NCBI GenBank assembly: GCA_000165425.1
Contig: CT868541.1
Coordinates: 1-64,000 of the forward strand
Reading direction: 5' to 3'
DNA from: Paramecium tetraurelia
Lineage: Eukaryota
Length of the DNA: 64,000 bases
The position numbers were made by a program, and so were the translations under genes. The first letter of the stretch is position 1. Each line of letters opens with the position of its first letter. This document shows, piece by piece, positions 26,579 to 39,809 of the stretch. The notes under the pieces were generated by a model. That model made no database searches. It was given only the letters and a program-made list of their open reading frames with translations, and was not told the origin of the DNA.

Positions 26579-27829
26579 ATGAAAGTTTGTCAAATTTGTT
26601 ATACGAATGAATCATTTATTACTCCTTGCAATTGCTAAAATTGTGTTCCTTGTTTAATAAATTGGTTTGGAATTAAAAACAATGAAACTCAAACAATTAA
26701 TTTCAATTGTCCCAACTAACATTGCTCTTACAACTACTCGAGACAAGAACTCTAAAATATTTGTAAATATCCCCTTTACGAATAATAACTCTCGGAAATT
26801 TTACTAAAAGAGTATTTAAAAAACCAAGACATCAGACCATGTCCTAATGGTAGATGTAGGAATTTCGGATTCATTGATTTAAATTCCAGATGTGATCAAT
26901 TATTGCAATGTACTTCTTGTTCGACAAAGTGGTTGGATATATCAATATCATCTTAGGCAGTTCAGTTAGAATATGGGTTTTCAAATATGTATTTTAATAT
27001 CAAGGATTTCATATATTGTTTTTTATTTACCAACGAATGTCCTCAATGTGGAGTTTAGATCTAGAGAAATGGAGGGTGTCAACACATGACATGCAAAGCC
27101 TGTCAACATTAATTTTGTTGGTATTGTAAATTTAGATGGAATGGTCATATGTTGAGACTTTGCAGTTTCTCTTATGCCACCAAGATGGGTATTTTTGTTT
27201 ACATCCTGATGTCACTCTTGTAAACACTTGGACTCCTAAATACAGTCTTGTTTTTATTCTCGTTGCCATTTAAATGGTTTTCTTTTGTGATATTGGCTAA
27301 CTCAATTCCATTCGGATTTGTGGTAGGAGTAGTGTATTTTTGCTATGGATTTTCTCACTTGTATTGTTAATGGTACAAAAAAGGGACTCTGGAAGTTACC
27401 ATTTCCACAGTTTCACTTATTATTTGGTATTAACTACATAGTTTAATTGCTGACATTTTTGACTTATCTATTTCGATATACATAAGTGCAGTGATGTGGG
27501 AAGGCATCATTGCCGTTGTTATTGTGTGCTATTTATTTAGATAACAACTTACTTGGATTGTATTCCCCATCTCTGCTATGTCTCTACTTTACTACTTTGG
27601 ATTGAATGGGCTATGTCTGTTATGTTGGGGATTGCCAATTATGAAGAAGTAGTTTGCAAATAACAAATACTTATTTTAATGTGCGGGATATCTGTTATTT
27701 ACTATTTTGAACATCTTTGATTTATAGGAATAAATTTAATAGAATAAAATTAGTTACATATTTAGTTTGAATTTAGTCTATATTTTGTATGTGGAGAAAT
27801 CAAGAATATTTGATTACATAAGATTTTGA
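26579..27829 (+). CDS. RBR (RING1-IBR-RING2) E3 ubiquitin ligase with a multi-TM C-terminus
   Basis: MKVCQIC...CNC..C..C; IBR RPCPNGRC...CTSCSTKW; RING2 [31 protein letters not shown]; then a long hydrophobic region. Single exon, 416 aa. Confidence 0.88.
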
Positions 27830-28020
27830 ATATGATATTGATATTTATAAATGATTATAATTTATTTAATATTTTTAATATATTATTAAAATATTAATTA
27901 ATCAGTTGTTATTTATATATTAATGACGTAAATTCATTATTCTCATTATTTTTAATCCTTTAATTATGTCATCAAATTAATAAATGAATAAACGACATTA
28001 TATTATATGTTAAATTAATA

Positions 28021-29707
28021 ATGTTAAATAACATCTCTGAATTCTTAAGGCGAATCGATCAATTTGGAGCAAGTTACAAACCAAGTTATTCTTATGGAGA
28101 AGTTTAATTTAAAACCAGTTTAGGAGGGTTGCTATCTATAGTGCTTTATGGATTAAGCTTAGCTTACTTAATATATGAATTGATTCTTTGGAAATCTGGA
28201 AGAATTTTGCCAAAAATAACAAGTTTATAAACAGAAATTGAAACTTATTCACTTTAATTTGACAAAGTAACTATAGCCTCTTTTTGTTTGAGAAAACACA
28301 CAAGCATTCATAATTAAATAGACCCATTCGACCCAAACAATGTCATTGTATTGCCAATGCTCTATGAAATATTAAATGACGAGTTCTAAGAGCCTTAAAC
28401 TCTACTATCAACAAAAAAATCAGAAAAACATGGGACCTATTTAATAGAAGTCAAAAATATAGAACTATCCAATAATGAGCATGAATCTCTCGATCATCCA
28501 AACAAAGAATTTTTGTTGGTGTTCCAAGAGTGCACTTAAGATCTATTGCCAGAAGGTTGGTATTGTGCTAAAGAGGACAGAATTAAAACATTTTTTAATC
28601 AAAAGCAAAATTAGTTGCAAATACAAACATTTGTAAACTAATATAACACTTCTACTAAAAAAATTGATATTGTTGAACAAGATTATTATGCATCCTTCGA
28701 CAATAAAACTACATATTTTAGCTAAATTGTTATTGGATCTACAAATATTTCAATAGATACTGGATTCTTGCTTGAAAGTTTAGAGATTATTGAATTTCCA
28801 AGTTCACTCTAATCTTACATCCAATAAATGGACTTAGATTACTTTGCTCATTCATTTCAAAACAAAATATTCTTAGCCTTTGAGTTTGAATTAGGCACCC
28901 TATAATAAACAGTTTATGTGGAATATCCCAAAGTATCAGAAGTCTTAGCCAATATTGGATCGATTGTCTCTTTCTTTTTATTCTTTTCTCATATTGCGTA
29001 CATGATAAATGAAAAGAATCTTGAACTTAAGGTTTTGAGAACCTTAATTGAAATGTATTATCCTCAAATGAAAGAGGTTACATTTAAAAAAAATTGTTAT
29101 GGAAAGGTGATTTAAGTTTTGTATAAAAACTCAAGAGTGTCCATTTCTTTTCTAGAAACATATAATAAATTTTTAAAGATTGCTCAGGCTAAGTTATGTC
29201 TAACCAATTAACTATATGAGGTTTCAAGATTACAATTTATATTGAACTCCATTTGTGATAAATAGGTCTTTAGAGATTGCCATGATATCGGTATAAGACT
29301 AAAAGGTTTAGACTTCGAACATGATCCAGATAAACATAATAATAAACCAAATATTATTAAAGTGGAAAATATTATTCAATAAGAATTGAAATTAGAAAAC
29401 GTTGAAAATGAATCCATCAAAGAATTGAACATTACAAAAATTGTAAAATTACCTTATAATATTATAGAATCCTAAAGCCACAATCGAAATGCAATCAAAT
29501 TAAATTTAAGTCGAGTAATTGAACTAATCATAAAGTTTATTCTTAGGAAAGATGATTGAAAACCAATTAATTGATGAAGAAGATTTCAAACTATCAGATG
29601 AAGATTTCTATGTCTTAATGTAACATTAATCACGCATTAAAGAGTTGGAATATGAAACGGTAGCCCTTTAAAATTAATAGTAAATCTAATATGAAGTGTA
29701 AAATTGA
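28021..29707 (+). CDS. Ciliate two-TM membrane protein family member (large extracellular loop)
   Basis: RIDQFGASYKP...FKTSLGGLLSI TM1; EYPKVSEVLANIGSIVSF TM2 (ORF 28918-29115); NQLYEVSRLQFI. Two tiny introns near 29443 and 29515. Confidence 0.8.
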
Positions 29708-30093
29708 ATCTATGTACATAATAATTATGTAAATTACCTACAATTTTAACGATATATATTTTATTTATGTAAAGCCAAATAAAACCCTCTTTAAACGGTT
29801 AGAAATAATTAAATTTGGCTTCACTGTTTTTTTTCGTGTTAAATTGTACAAAACAAATTAATCAATATACAAAAAAAGGTATTTTATTTGAAATGATTAG
29901 CTTAGTGTATCTAATTTATCAGTGAAAATAGATACATTTTTTAATATCACAAAAAATCAAGAAAGAAAAATCTAATTCTATGATAGGTAAACATTAAAAC
30001 TAGAACACTGATTCAAGTTAAAAAACTTTATTATCTCCTCTATAAAACAAACACATTTTTACTATAATATAATTAGCTATGATTTTTATAATC

Positions 30094-31926
30094 TCAGTCG
30101 AATTGAAATTAACAACTGTCAAAAGTTTACTTACTGTCCTTTCTAAGCTTAAATATGCCAGACATATTATTGAAATTTTTTGAATTTTAAAATTGCATCT
30201 CATTACATTAGGGGCAAATGAAATTCATTAAGGAACAGCAAACTCCAATTTAATGCTTTTTACAATCTAATTTTTAGCGCTTATTATAAATAGAAAAATC
30301 TGTAGAACAAAAAGTACATTAACCAATAGTCTAATAGTTTAACTCTTCTTCCTCAGTCATTTATACTTCCATTTGTAGTTCTATATTCTATTTTTCGCTT
30401 ACCTGTTCTAAGGGTTAAATGAAAATATCTTATTTCTATTCTGCTTACTACTGCTCTTATTATTGAAGTAGTATTTATTATTACTTTTCAAAATAATAAT
30501 CAAAATTAAGTTGATTTAAAAATTAAGTGCAATTTAGAACTGGACATCTAAGTTTAGCAGAATAACTATTTCTGTTCAATATCAAATTATTTGAACAACA
30601 AAAGCATAAAAGGTGCAAACAATTTTCATCAAAATATAAATGTCTTCTATCGATTTTTCCTTAGCAATTAGAACATCCAAAGAGAATACTTTACTCTTTT
30701 ATTTTTTCTAAATCAATTTCTTACTAATTTGGAATTTGTTGTTATTCTAAAGTTGTTGTAGATTTTCTAGAGCATTCTCTGCACAAATTATTTTTTTAAG
30801 CACTTATCAATTATTTTCTTTTTAATTCATTTTTACCACAATTGTTGCATTATTTAAATTCAAGCTCGATTATTTCTACTCTTTTATTTATAGAAGCATC
30901 TCCAGAGCAATATGAATAATAAGATTATAGGTCGATTAATGAAGAACAATCTCTATTTAAACATTTATAGTTTATTTCAACATTAGTTATTTTTAAATTT
31001 AAGCATTTTGAACAAAACTGATGATTGCAAGCCTTATTAACAAAAAGTGGAGTTTATGTTGCTTCATTGCAATTCATACAAGTTTAATCTGATTAAGTAA
31101 AATTATCTTAATGATTATGCTAATGATTCTCTTAAAGATTATTTTAATGATTCTTTTAATTATTATCCTAATGATTTTCTTGTTCAATTTAATTTTCAGT
31201 TAACTCTTTTTAGTGATTCTATTAAACCTATACTAATTTGGTATCATTCCTATTTTCACTCTCATGATAAACCTCAATCAATTTGAATTTAAAAATAAGA
31301 TTTATTCCATTATCTACATCAAAATTATTGGGCTCACTGTTTTAGTTTAAATGTTATTATTAATTAGATTATGAGGGATCCATTTCACCCACATTTGATT
31401 GTTAGTTCTCATCAAACTATCTAATGTAATAATATTGGTTATCTTTCAAGTAAATAAATATCTTGGTTTTTTATGTACCCATTTTCAGAAAATAATCTCC
31501 AAAAATACAAAATGATAGTTGGAAGACCTTGCTCAAAGCGTAGAGTTTTTATATGAGATCATTTACTATCATTTGCTGGGGGTAATTGCAAAACTCAAAT
31601 AGTAAGGATTTAGCTCTTGTAAAATTAGGATCATTTATTGATGCTGAATGATAGAATTTGGATAAATTTCTATCTTTTAAAATACAACTTTATATTTTTT
31701 GAGCAATCTCCTAAGCATAACGAGTATATGGTTTATTTGGATTAACTAATGTTCTCAGCTTCTCAAAATGGTTATTAGCCAGAAGACAATCAAGTATGGA
31801 CATTAACAAAGTTATTGATAAATTAGAACCAATGAACTGCATTGAAAAATAATTTCCCCACTCTCCATATTGTTATTTTAGGTATTCTGGAATCTGAATT
31901 ACATCTCCTTCATTCACTTGATTCAT
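30094..31926 (-). CDS. Multi RING/Zn-finger protein with an N-terminal helical domain (possibly a degenerate otubain-like fold)
   Basis: ATG at 31926. Cys/His clusters such as CNE..ACNHQFCSKC, CCSGC, HNCGK..KCL...ICAEN and DCKKHQIGVCC...CPQC. Q-rich linker at about 31100-31350. Confidence 0.7.
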
Positions 31927-32162
31927 TTTTTTGAATTAAAATTTTAATAGTATTTAATATTAAATTATAAAGCATAATTGTAATTGATTTCTTATTTTTT
32001 AATGGAATTTGGGATGGCAATACTCCATATAAAAATATGTTCGGAAAATTATAAATTACAATGTAATGTTAAATCAAATTTTCTATTTTGTAAGGTGATT
32101 CATGAACATTTGAAATATTCAAGCTGATAAGTTCATTAATGATCCAATATAAATAATAATCG

Positions 32163-33314
32163 ATGGCCACCAAGGAACATTCTCTCTATAAGTTAGTCCC
32201 AAAGGAATAGGCAGAAGCATTTGCATGGTCATTTGAAGGACCAAATACTGAGGCTGTTCTGTATCCATTCTAATTTCCAGCAATCCAACCACACGAAGTG
32301 AGAATTCAATAGACCTACTTTGGTTTGTGTTACACTGATTGTAAATTTGAAATCAATATCAAAAGGCCATCTTGTTAATTAAGATTGGTTTCCAATCAAT
32401 TATCCAAGTGTTCCAGGACATGAGATATTAGGCCATGTCGTCATGAAAGGGGACTAGGTTACGCAATTCTAAATTGGTGACTTGGTTGGGGCAGGCTTCA
32501 TAAGAGACAGTTGTGGAAGCTGCAAATAATGTATATTGGGAAATGATTAACTATGTGGACAAAAAGGGGATGAACATTTAATCCCTCTCCCTAAATTTGG
32601 AGGATTCGCAACACATGTGTAATTCCCTGCTAAATGGGCTTTTCCCATTCCAAATACAATCCCTTAACAATTGGCTCCTCCCCTTTTATGTGCTGGTATT
32701 ACAGTCTTTGCTCCATTAAAAAGATATTTCAATGCCAAAAAGGAAGTTGCCATCATTGGCATTGGAGGATTGGGACATCTCGCCATCAAATTCTCAGCTG
32801 CTCTGGGAATGAGAACAACTGCAATATCTACTTCCCCAGATAAGGAATAGGAGGCTAGATCTTATGGAGCTGTTGATTTCATTGTTTCTTCAAACCCAGA
32901 ATCAATGGCTAAGGCTGCAGGAAGATTCGATCTGATATTGGGTTGTGCCCATGCTAGCACTGTCGACGAATTCATAGATTAAACTAAGTTATTAAAAAAT
33001 GGAGGAGACTTCGTCATGGTTGGAATCCCTGCACTCACTAAAGTTGAGTTATAATTGCCATTCTATTAATTGGTATGCCGATAAATTTCATTTGTTGGAT
33101 CTTTGGTTGGTTCAAGACAAGTAAGTTATTATAGGATAATTTTTAGGAAAACTACGAGATGATCGAATTTGCAAACAAGCATAAGATATATCCAACTTGT
33201 GAAGAATTTGAATTTGAGAACTTCAAAAATGCATATGATAAATTATTAAACGGAAGACCAAAATATAGATGTGTTGTTAAAGTTGGCAATGCAACTTAAA
33301 CATTAAAACAATGA
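32163..33314 (+). CDS. Zn-dependent medium-chain alcohol dehydrogenase (cinnamyl-ADH/YahK-like)
   Basis: GLCYTD, PGHEILG, structural Zn DSCGSCKQCILGNDQLC, APPLLCAGITV, Rossmann GIGGLGH and GRPKYRCV. Introns 32341-32365 and 33121-33146. Confidence 0.93.
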
Positions 33315-33637
33315 GTTAAAGAATTAAAAATCAATTAAATATAAACTATTATTAATGAAATGATGATTGAACAATAATCTCAACCATATTCTTTTAATTG
33401 TTACTTTGTTTTAATTGATCAATTTTAGAATCCTTTGTCATTCAAAATGAAAATGAAATTGATTTTTACAACTTGAACGTCATTTTTATAATGAACAAAG
33501 TTTTGAAGTAAAAAAATTCGATATACAGTACTTTGTTTATTTTCAAACACATAAATATCATTTGAATTTAGATACATACATCCAAATGATATTTATGTGT
33601 TTAATGATTTATAAAAATTATTTATATTAATATTCAT

Positions 33638-34786
33638 ATGGGAGCTGTGACTATTGTTGTTTTTGGAGTAGTTCTAGCACTTTTCTTCAAATTAGCCTCA
33701 GACCTAGACGTGTTCAAGCCAGTAACGAATTACAATGAATATGGAAATTGTAAATACCTAAAGGAGGATATAAGAGGGCCTGAGGATATGACCTAATATA
33801 ATTCCACGACAATTATAATAGGTTCTGGAAATTTCTAAAAGGTGTATGCTTAGGGTAAACCAGAATTAGAGTAACAGGGGATTTATGCAATTTTAAATTC
33901 CAACAAAAAGAACTATAGTGTCCTCCAATTGGAAGTGAAAAACTTTCCAAAAGATGTGGCTTTATACATGCATGGAATATATGTGAGAAAACAGTAAGAC
34001 GGAAATTACTTGTTTGTAATCAACCATGCTTACCACAATGGAGGTGAAAGAATTGAAGTTTTCAAAATAGACGAGCAATTAGTACTAACATACACTCACT
34101 CAATTATAATGGGGGAGTAGTACACAGGAATTTTGAATGATTTGGTAGTGATTGACGATAATCGATTTTTGATCACTACTTACATGCCATTGCCTGATCC
34201 CAAACAAGGAAGATCAGCAGCAGGTGCCATGCATATCTTGTAAACCTTGTTTTATTAGTTGACAAAATAAAAGACTACCTACATAATGGATTGCAGATTC
34301 AAGAAAGAGAACACTCTGATTCATCCTGTATGCAAGCAATTGCCCAACACATCAGGTATCATGAGAAATGGTATAACTTGGAACAAAAGGGATTTGGTTT
34401 GGGTAGCTGATTCTGTTGAGAAGGGATTCACTGAGTACTAGATACAAGGCGATGAGTTGATTTTCAAGAGATTTGTTCCGGTGCAGAATGGAATAGACAA
34501 TATAGAATATTAGGAGGAGAGAAATTCCTTAATAATTGGGTTGATTCCAAAATTATATAATTATTTCTAATTGGATTTTTTTGTCAAGACTAACCCACTT
34601 GATAGGTAAACTAACTTTGAGTATTGGGGTGCTGTGGGAGAGTACGATTTGAGCAAGGATCAATTGCACATCTTGACTCAGAACAGGTATTTGTTGAAGG
34701 GACTTGCTGGAGGTTTGGTGAGTGGGAATAATCTGTTTCTGGGAAGTTGGTGTGATGTGTCTGTTATGGTTTGTTAGAAAATTTGA
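33638..34786 (+). CDS. Paraoxonase/arylesterase (PON)-like six-bladed beta-propeller lactonase
   Basis: N-terminal signal anchor, then GPEDM, MHGIYV, FVINH, ILNDLV, RNGIT and GIDNIE, which are the PON Ca-ligand and His motifs. Single exon. Confidence 0.85.
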
Positions 34787-34880
34787 ATGATTTAAATTAT
34801 AATGTATAAAGAAGAATTAAATTCATTTCTAATATCTGAATCAGATATATAAATCTTAATTAAAATTTAAAAAATATATA

Positions 34881-35805
34881 ATGGATCGTCTAAACCCATC
34901 ATCCAAAGATTGCATAGTTCCCCTTATCGAAGAAAATTCTCCTTGTATTTGTAATAAATAATATAATATTATTAGAAAGCAACAAACAAGAGATTGACTC
35001 CCAATTTTTGTTACCCCAATTTACATAGATGTTCCAGAATCCTGACCTTCTACTTTAAACTGTCCAACTGGAATAATTGAAGCTACAAGCCCAATTCTAC
35101 TCTCAGATGAATAATCTACCACTCATTACTGATGAACCTAGAGTCGTTGATCTATTCACCCAACAACTTCTCTAGTAATAACTCATGATTAATGCAGCTC
35201 TTCTCAATCAATTCTAAGTATCATCTCATTCTAAAGTAGGGAGTTGAAAATGCTAACTAGAGTCAAACCAAGGATTTAGGTGATAATAAAATTAAAAGAA
35301 AACATATTAAAAAAACCCATAATCCTCAGTTTAATACAGGTATTTAATATCTTAAATGAGAGTAGGACATTGGAGTGCCCAGGAACATTAGGTCTATTTG
35401 AGTTTCTTGTCACAACACAGGGATGTGATGGAAAGTTCTGAATTAAAAAAAACCAACAAAATCTTCAAACTGATGTCTGACATCATTAAGAGTCGCTCGC
35501 CCTCTTAATGTAGATCTCACCATCAGAAATTCAACCCTTATTCCAAATATTTGATTAATGTATTAAATTGGTGTATATTTTAGAATAACATTGTTCGTAG
35601 AAAAATGAAAGAACAATAGAAGGATGCCCAACAATAACAGTAGTAAATTTCAGAAAATGAAAATAATCAGTAATAGTAATCCCAAGAGTCCAATTTAAAG
35701 ATTGAGTTCCAACAACAATTGCAGGAATTCAAAGTGGAATCACAGCAATAACTGCAAGATTCCAATGCCAGAGAAGATTAACAACAGGCTAGTGGCCAGG
35801 ATTGA
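34881..35805 (+). CDS. Myb/SANT-like DNA-binding protein
   Basis: GHWSAQEH...IFKLMSDIIKSRSPSQCRSHHQKF with Q-rich flanks and tiny introns. Confidence 0.85.
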
Positions 35806-35854
35806 TGGCTTTATCGATTTTATTTTTTAATTATTATATTCATTATATAAATAA

Positions 35855-37120
35855 ATGTATACGTTAATAAATGAGCTTTGGAATGCCTAACAATCCAATC
35901 CTTTCCAACTTTCTATCCACATCCCTCAAACCATTATCATAAATCAGGGATTCAAAATCCAATGGTACTTTTCATAAAATAATAAAATCCTTAAACGAAA
36001 ATCCATAAACTGCAACATACCCTCAATCATCAGCTATCTAAAATAAAATAATACCCCAATGAACATAATAACAATCTCATCACCTTATGTTGTTGAAGGA
36101 TTTGGTCAAATTTAATTGAAAAATGAACCAATAGCAATTGAATAAATATAATAATTATTAATACATTATCAAACTTACCCTCACATCATTGAGAACCCCA
36201 TTATTTTGTAGGAACATTTTCAATTAGCACAATATATTTCATTAAAATGGAATAAAAATTACACCTTTATTTAAGAATGCGATTCCCATTCCTATTAAGT
36301 AAATTAACAATGCCTCAAATTAACCCCGCATTACAGATCTCAAATCAACATGCTAAGTTAATAACTGGTCCAAAGGATCCAACAGATCTATTAAGTTAGA
36401 GGACAATTAAGCGAGATGAACATCATCATGTGTCTCCAAGATAAACCCATTTTCCTCTGGTGCACTGAGATTAAGTTCATCAATGATCAGTACGTGAGAT
36501 AAGAAGACGACCAGTTTCGATTGTGGAATAGGATCAAAGAATTTCGATTAACATTCAATCCAATCACTAAGCATCATAGATGTCAAAGCAATCTAGAAGG
36601 CTAGGCCATAAATCAAAGTCAATAGAATGAAAACTTAAATAAGTCAACCTTATATCTTAATTTAAATGGTTTGATATCCAATAGAGCTCACAATGTCAGT
36701 GTTACTTCTAATGTTTCAAACTCTAAATAGCATATTCAACCACTTTTTACGTAGATGAAATCAGCTCGAAGTAACATAACATCAAATATCAATATCAATG
36801 TCAAATAGCTCTTAAACAATAACAACCATAATTAATCACAGGAACTCTCTACTTAACGACAAAGCAGAGGAGGGTCTGTGTTGAAACAATTGTCAAATAG
36901 GTCATTTTCCAATCGATCTTAGTCGATGTACAAAGTGCATTTGAATGATGATAAAATTCAGCAGTGTGGCAATCAAAAGAAGAATGGATCTATGACTTAG
37001 AGAACTGAAGCTTCGGAATAGGAGTTGTTATTGTAACCAAAAATCACGAAGAGCAGTTCGAAAGTTGTGAATTGCTTGAGGTAGAGATTGCAAGAAATTA
37101 AATTAAAATAGTTATTATGA
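35855..37120 (+). CDS. Hypothetical protein (low-complexity S/Q-rich C-terminus)
   Basis: MYTLINELWNAQ...IPQTIII...WYFS...ILKRK. Long open frame in code 6 ending at TGA 37118-37120. Internal exon structure not fully resolved. Confidence 0.55.
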
Positions 37121-37184
37121 TTTAAATTCAATATAAAAATATAATTTATCAAAAAAAAATAAAAATTTCTTCTTATATATATAA

Positions 37185-38200
37185 ATGTCAGATATTGATT
37201 AGTGGATTGAGACTCTAAAGAATGGGGAGAATCTGAAGGAAACGGATGTCAAAATACTATGCAACAAGGCCAAGGATATCCTGAACAATGAGGACAACGT
37301 CATAAGAGTTGAAGCTCCAGTGACTGTAAAAGAAATTCTTATTTAGATTTGTGGAGACATTCATGGACAATTTTATGACCTAATGGAGTTGTTTAAAGTC
37401 GGAGGAGATGTTCCAGAGACCAATTACTTATTCCTGGGGGATTTTGTGGATAGAGGATATAATAGTGTTGAGACATTTTTATTGCTCTTGGCCTTGAAAG
37501 TGAGATATCCAGCATTAGATTATCACTTGTACGACATTAAATATCATATGATAGAATACGAGGGAATCACGAATCAAGGCAAATCACTTAGGTGTATGGA
37601 TTCTATGATGAATGCCTAAGAAAGTATAGCACTTTGAATGTGTGGAAGTATTGCACTGAAGTTTTTGATTATTTGGCTTTGGCAGCAGTGGTCAATGACA
37701 ACATTTTCTGTGTGCATGGTGGTTTGAGTCCTTACATCAAAACAATCGATGAAATTCGAATCATCAATAGAAAGTAGGAAGTGCCTCATGAAGGAGTCAT
37801 GTGTGATTTGATGTGGTCAGATCCTGATGGTTAATTGTTATATTAAATGTTGTAGAAATCGAAGGATGGAGTCAGAGTGCCAGAGGAGCAGGTTTTGTTT
37901 TTGGAGCAGATGTCGTAAAGGAATTCAATCGTAGAAATGGCATCTCTTTGATTTGCAGAGCACATCAATTAGCCATGGAAGGATTCAAATTGATGTTCGA
38001 CAATTCCCTCGTCACTGTTTGGTCAGCTCCCAATTATTGCTATAGGTACTTTTTCAAATTATTGACAACCTAGATGTGGCAATGTTGCTTCTATTCTTGA
38101 GTTGGATGAGAACCTTAAGAAGTATTACAAGCTATTTGAGGCTGCTCCTACAGACAGAGCATAGAATTCAAAAAAAGTAATTGCAGACTATTTCTTATGA
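37185..38200 (+). CDS. PPX1: Ser/Thr protein phosphatase 4 (PPX) catalytic subunit
   Basis: [40 protein letters not shown] and C-terminal DYFL*. Four tiny introns. Resembles the Paramecium PPX sequence as I recall it; the exact paralog is unverified. Confidence 0.93.
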
Positions 38201-38227
38201 TGATTTAATATTAATATAAATAACATT

Positions 38228-39788
38228 ATGTAAGAAATAATAATTACAACGCTGTTAAAATTTAATGAGATTTTGGAAGCATTCTAACAGGTTTTCAAGA
38301 TTCATAATTACAACTGCAATCAACAACGAGAGATTCTGGAAAAATGTTTAGGCAAGGAATATAACAGTAGTTGCATCTATATCAGTGTTAACAGCAATAA
38401 TCAATTCTTTCCCAATTACAAGGATTTGCAAGAGATTGAACTCAAGTTCTCCAAAGAAAAATAATAGCATGACGATAATCTCATAGGTCTCAAAATCATT
38501 TTTATCCTTAGAATTGATTTAAAACAATGTTCAATAAGAAACTAATGAAGTTAAAATTTAACTGGACCAACTTCTCTATAATTAAAGTGAAAAGCTCAAT
38601 GATTTCAAATCCTACGTATCAGATATCTATTTAACTAAAACTGATATTCGTCAATTCAAATCTAATTCTGATGAGAGGATTATTAAATTGTAAGATTAAA
38701 TTCAGTAATTCCAAACTAAGTTCGCCCTTAAACTATACACAGAATAGCATATTGTAATCAATGCCATTTTTAATCATTAGATTGACATCAAATAAGCCAT
38801 TACGTAAATATAGTAAGCGAATAACTTAATCAAATAAGATTCCTAAACTTTGCATAAGCTGAATCGAGATAATAGATAGATGATTAAATAGCATAATGAG
38901 TAGTTTTCTCAAAAAATTGATAATCTCCAAAAAGAATAATATAAAATATGTGAATTTGAAATGGAGGTTGAAAAAATGAAGATCTAAATTTAAGAATAAA
39001 AATCAGGTATAATTCCTTTTCAATATTATTAGAAAATGAGATAATGCAAAATAAAGTAAAATCATTGTCTCAGTTATTTTAAGAATTGGAAGTGAATAAT
39101 TCTAAGGTGGTTAAATTTGAAATTCATACGGCATTCAAAAAGGTGGAAGAAGAATTTTTCTATTTTAAAAACCGACAACAAAGCTTTTAGGATTAATTAT
39201 AAGTGATTAAGGAACAATTCTCAAAATCAGATATAGCGTAGACTCAATTTGAAAATGGTGTTAATCAATAGTTTGATTTAATATCTGCTGAATTAGTTAA
39301 AAAGAATTAAATCATCAAGTCGATGCTTAAAAATATCACACTTCTTCAGTAATCGTAATTATTTAATCAAATTAAAAAGGGAAAAAATTCAAATTTAATC
39401 TGATTTACCAAACAAGGTGGCAATTTTATTATCAAAAGTATCATCTTTTGAAAAAACTTCAAAAATAGCTTTTGATCAACTCAAAAAGATTATGGATGTA
39501 GTTTAAGAATTCTGTGAAACATCTTAAATTCCTTCGGAAAGTAAAGAAAAAGATCTCACAAATCTAATTCTTTTGTTAGATAGAAGGATGTTTGAATATG
39601 AGAAATCGATCTATGATCCTCAAGTTCATTTAGTGTAAAACGCAACGGTAAGAATTAATACACCAAGAATTTCAACCTCAGTAGATTCCCCAATGAAAGT
39701 GGGTAATTAAAAACAGAAAAAGACCAAATTAAGTAAATTGTTAAATAAGACAGTATATTATGAAAGTAGAAGAGAAACAATAATTTGA
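38228..39788 (+). CDS. Hypothetical coiled-coil protein
   Basis: Long Q/E/K-rich frame in code 6 with tiny introns, e.g. about 39007-39032. TGA at 39786-39788. Confidence 0.65.
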
Positions 39789-39809
39789 ATATATTACATC
39801 CATAGATCA

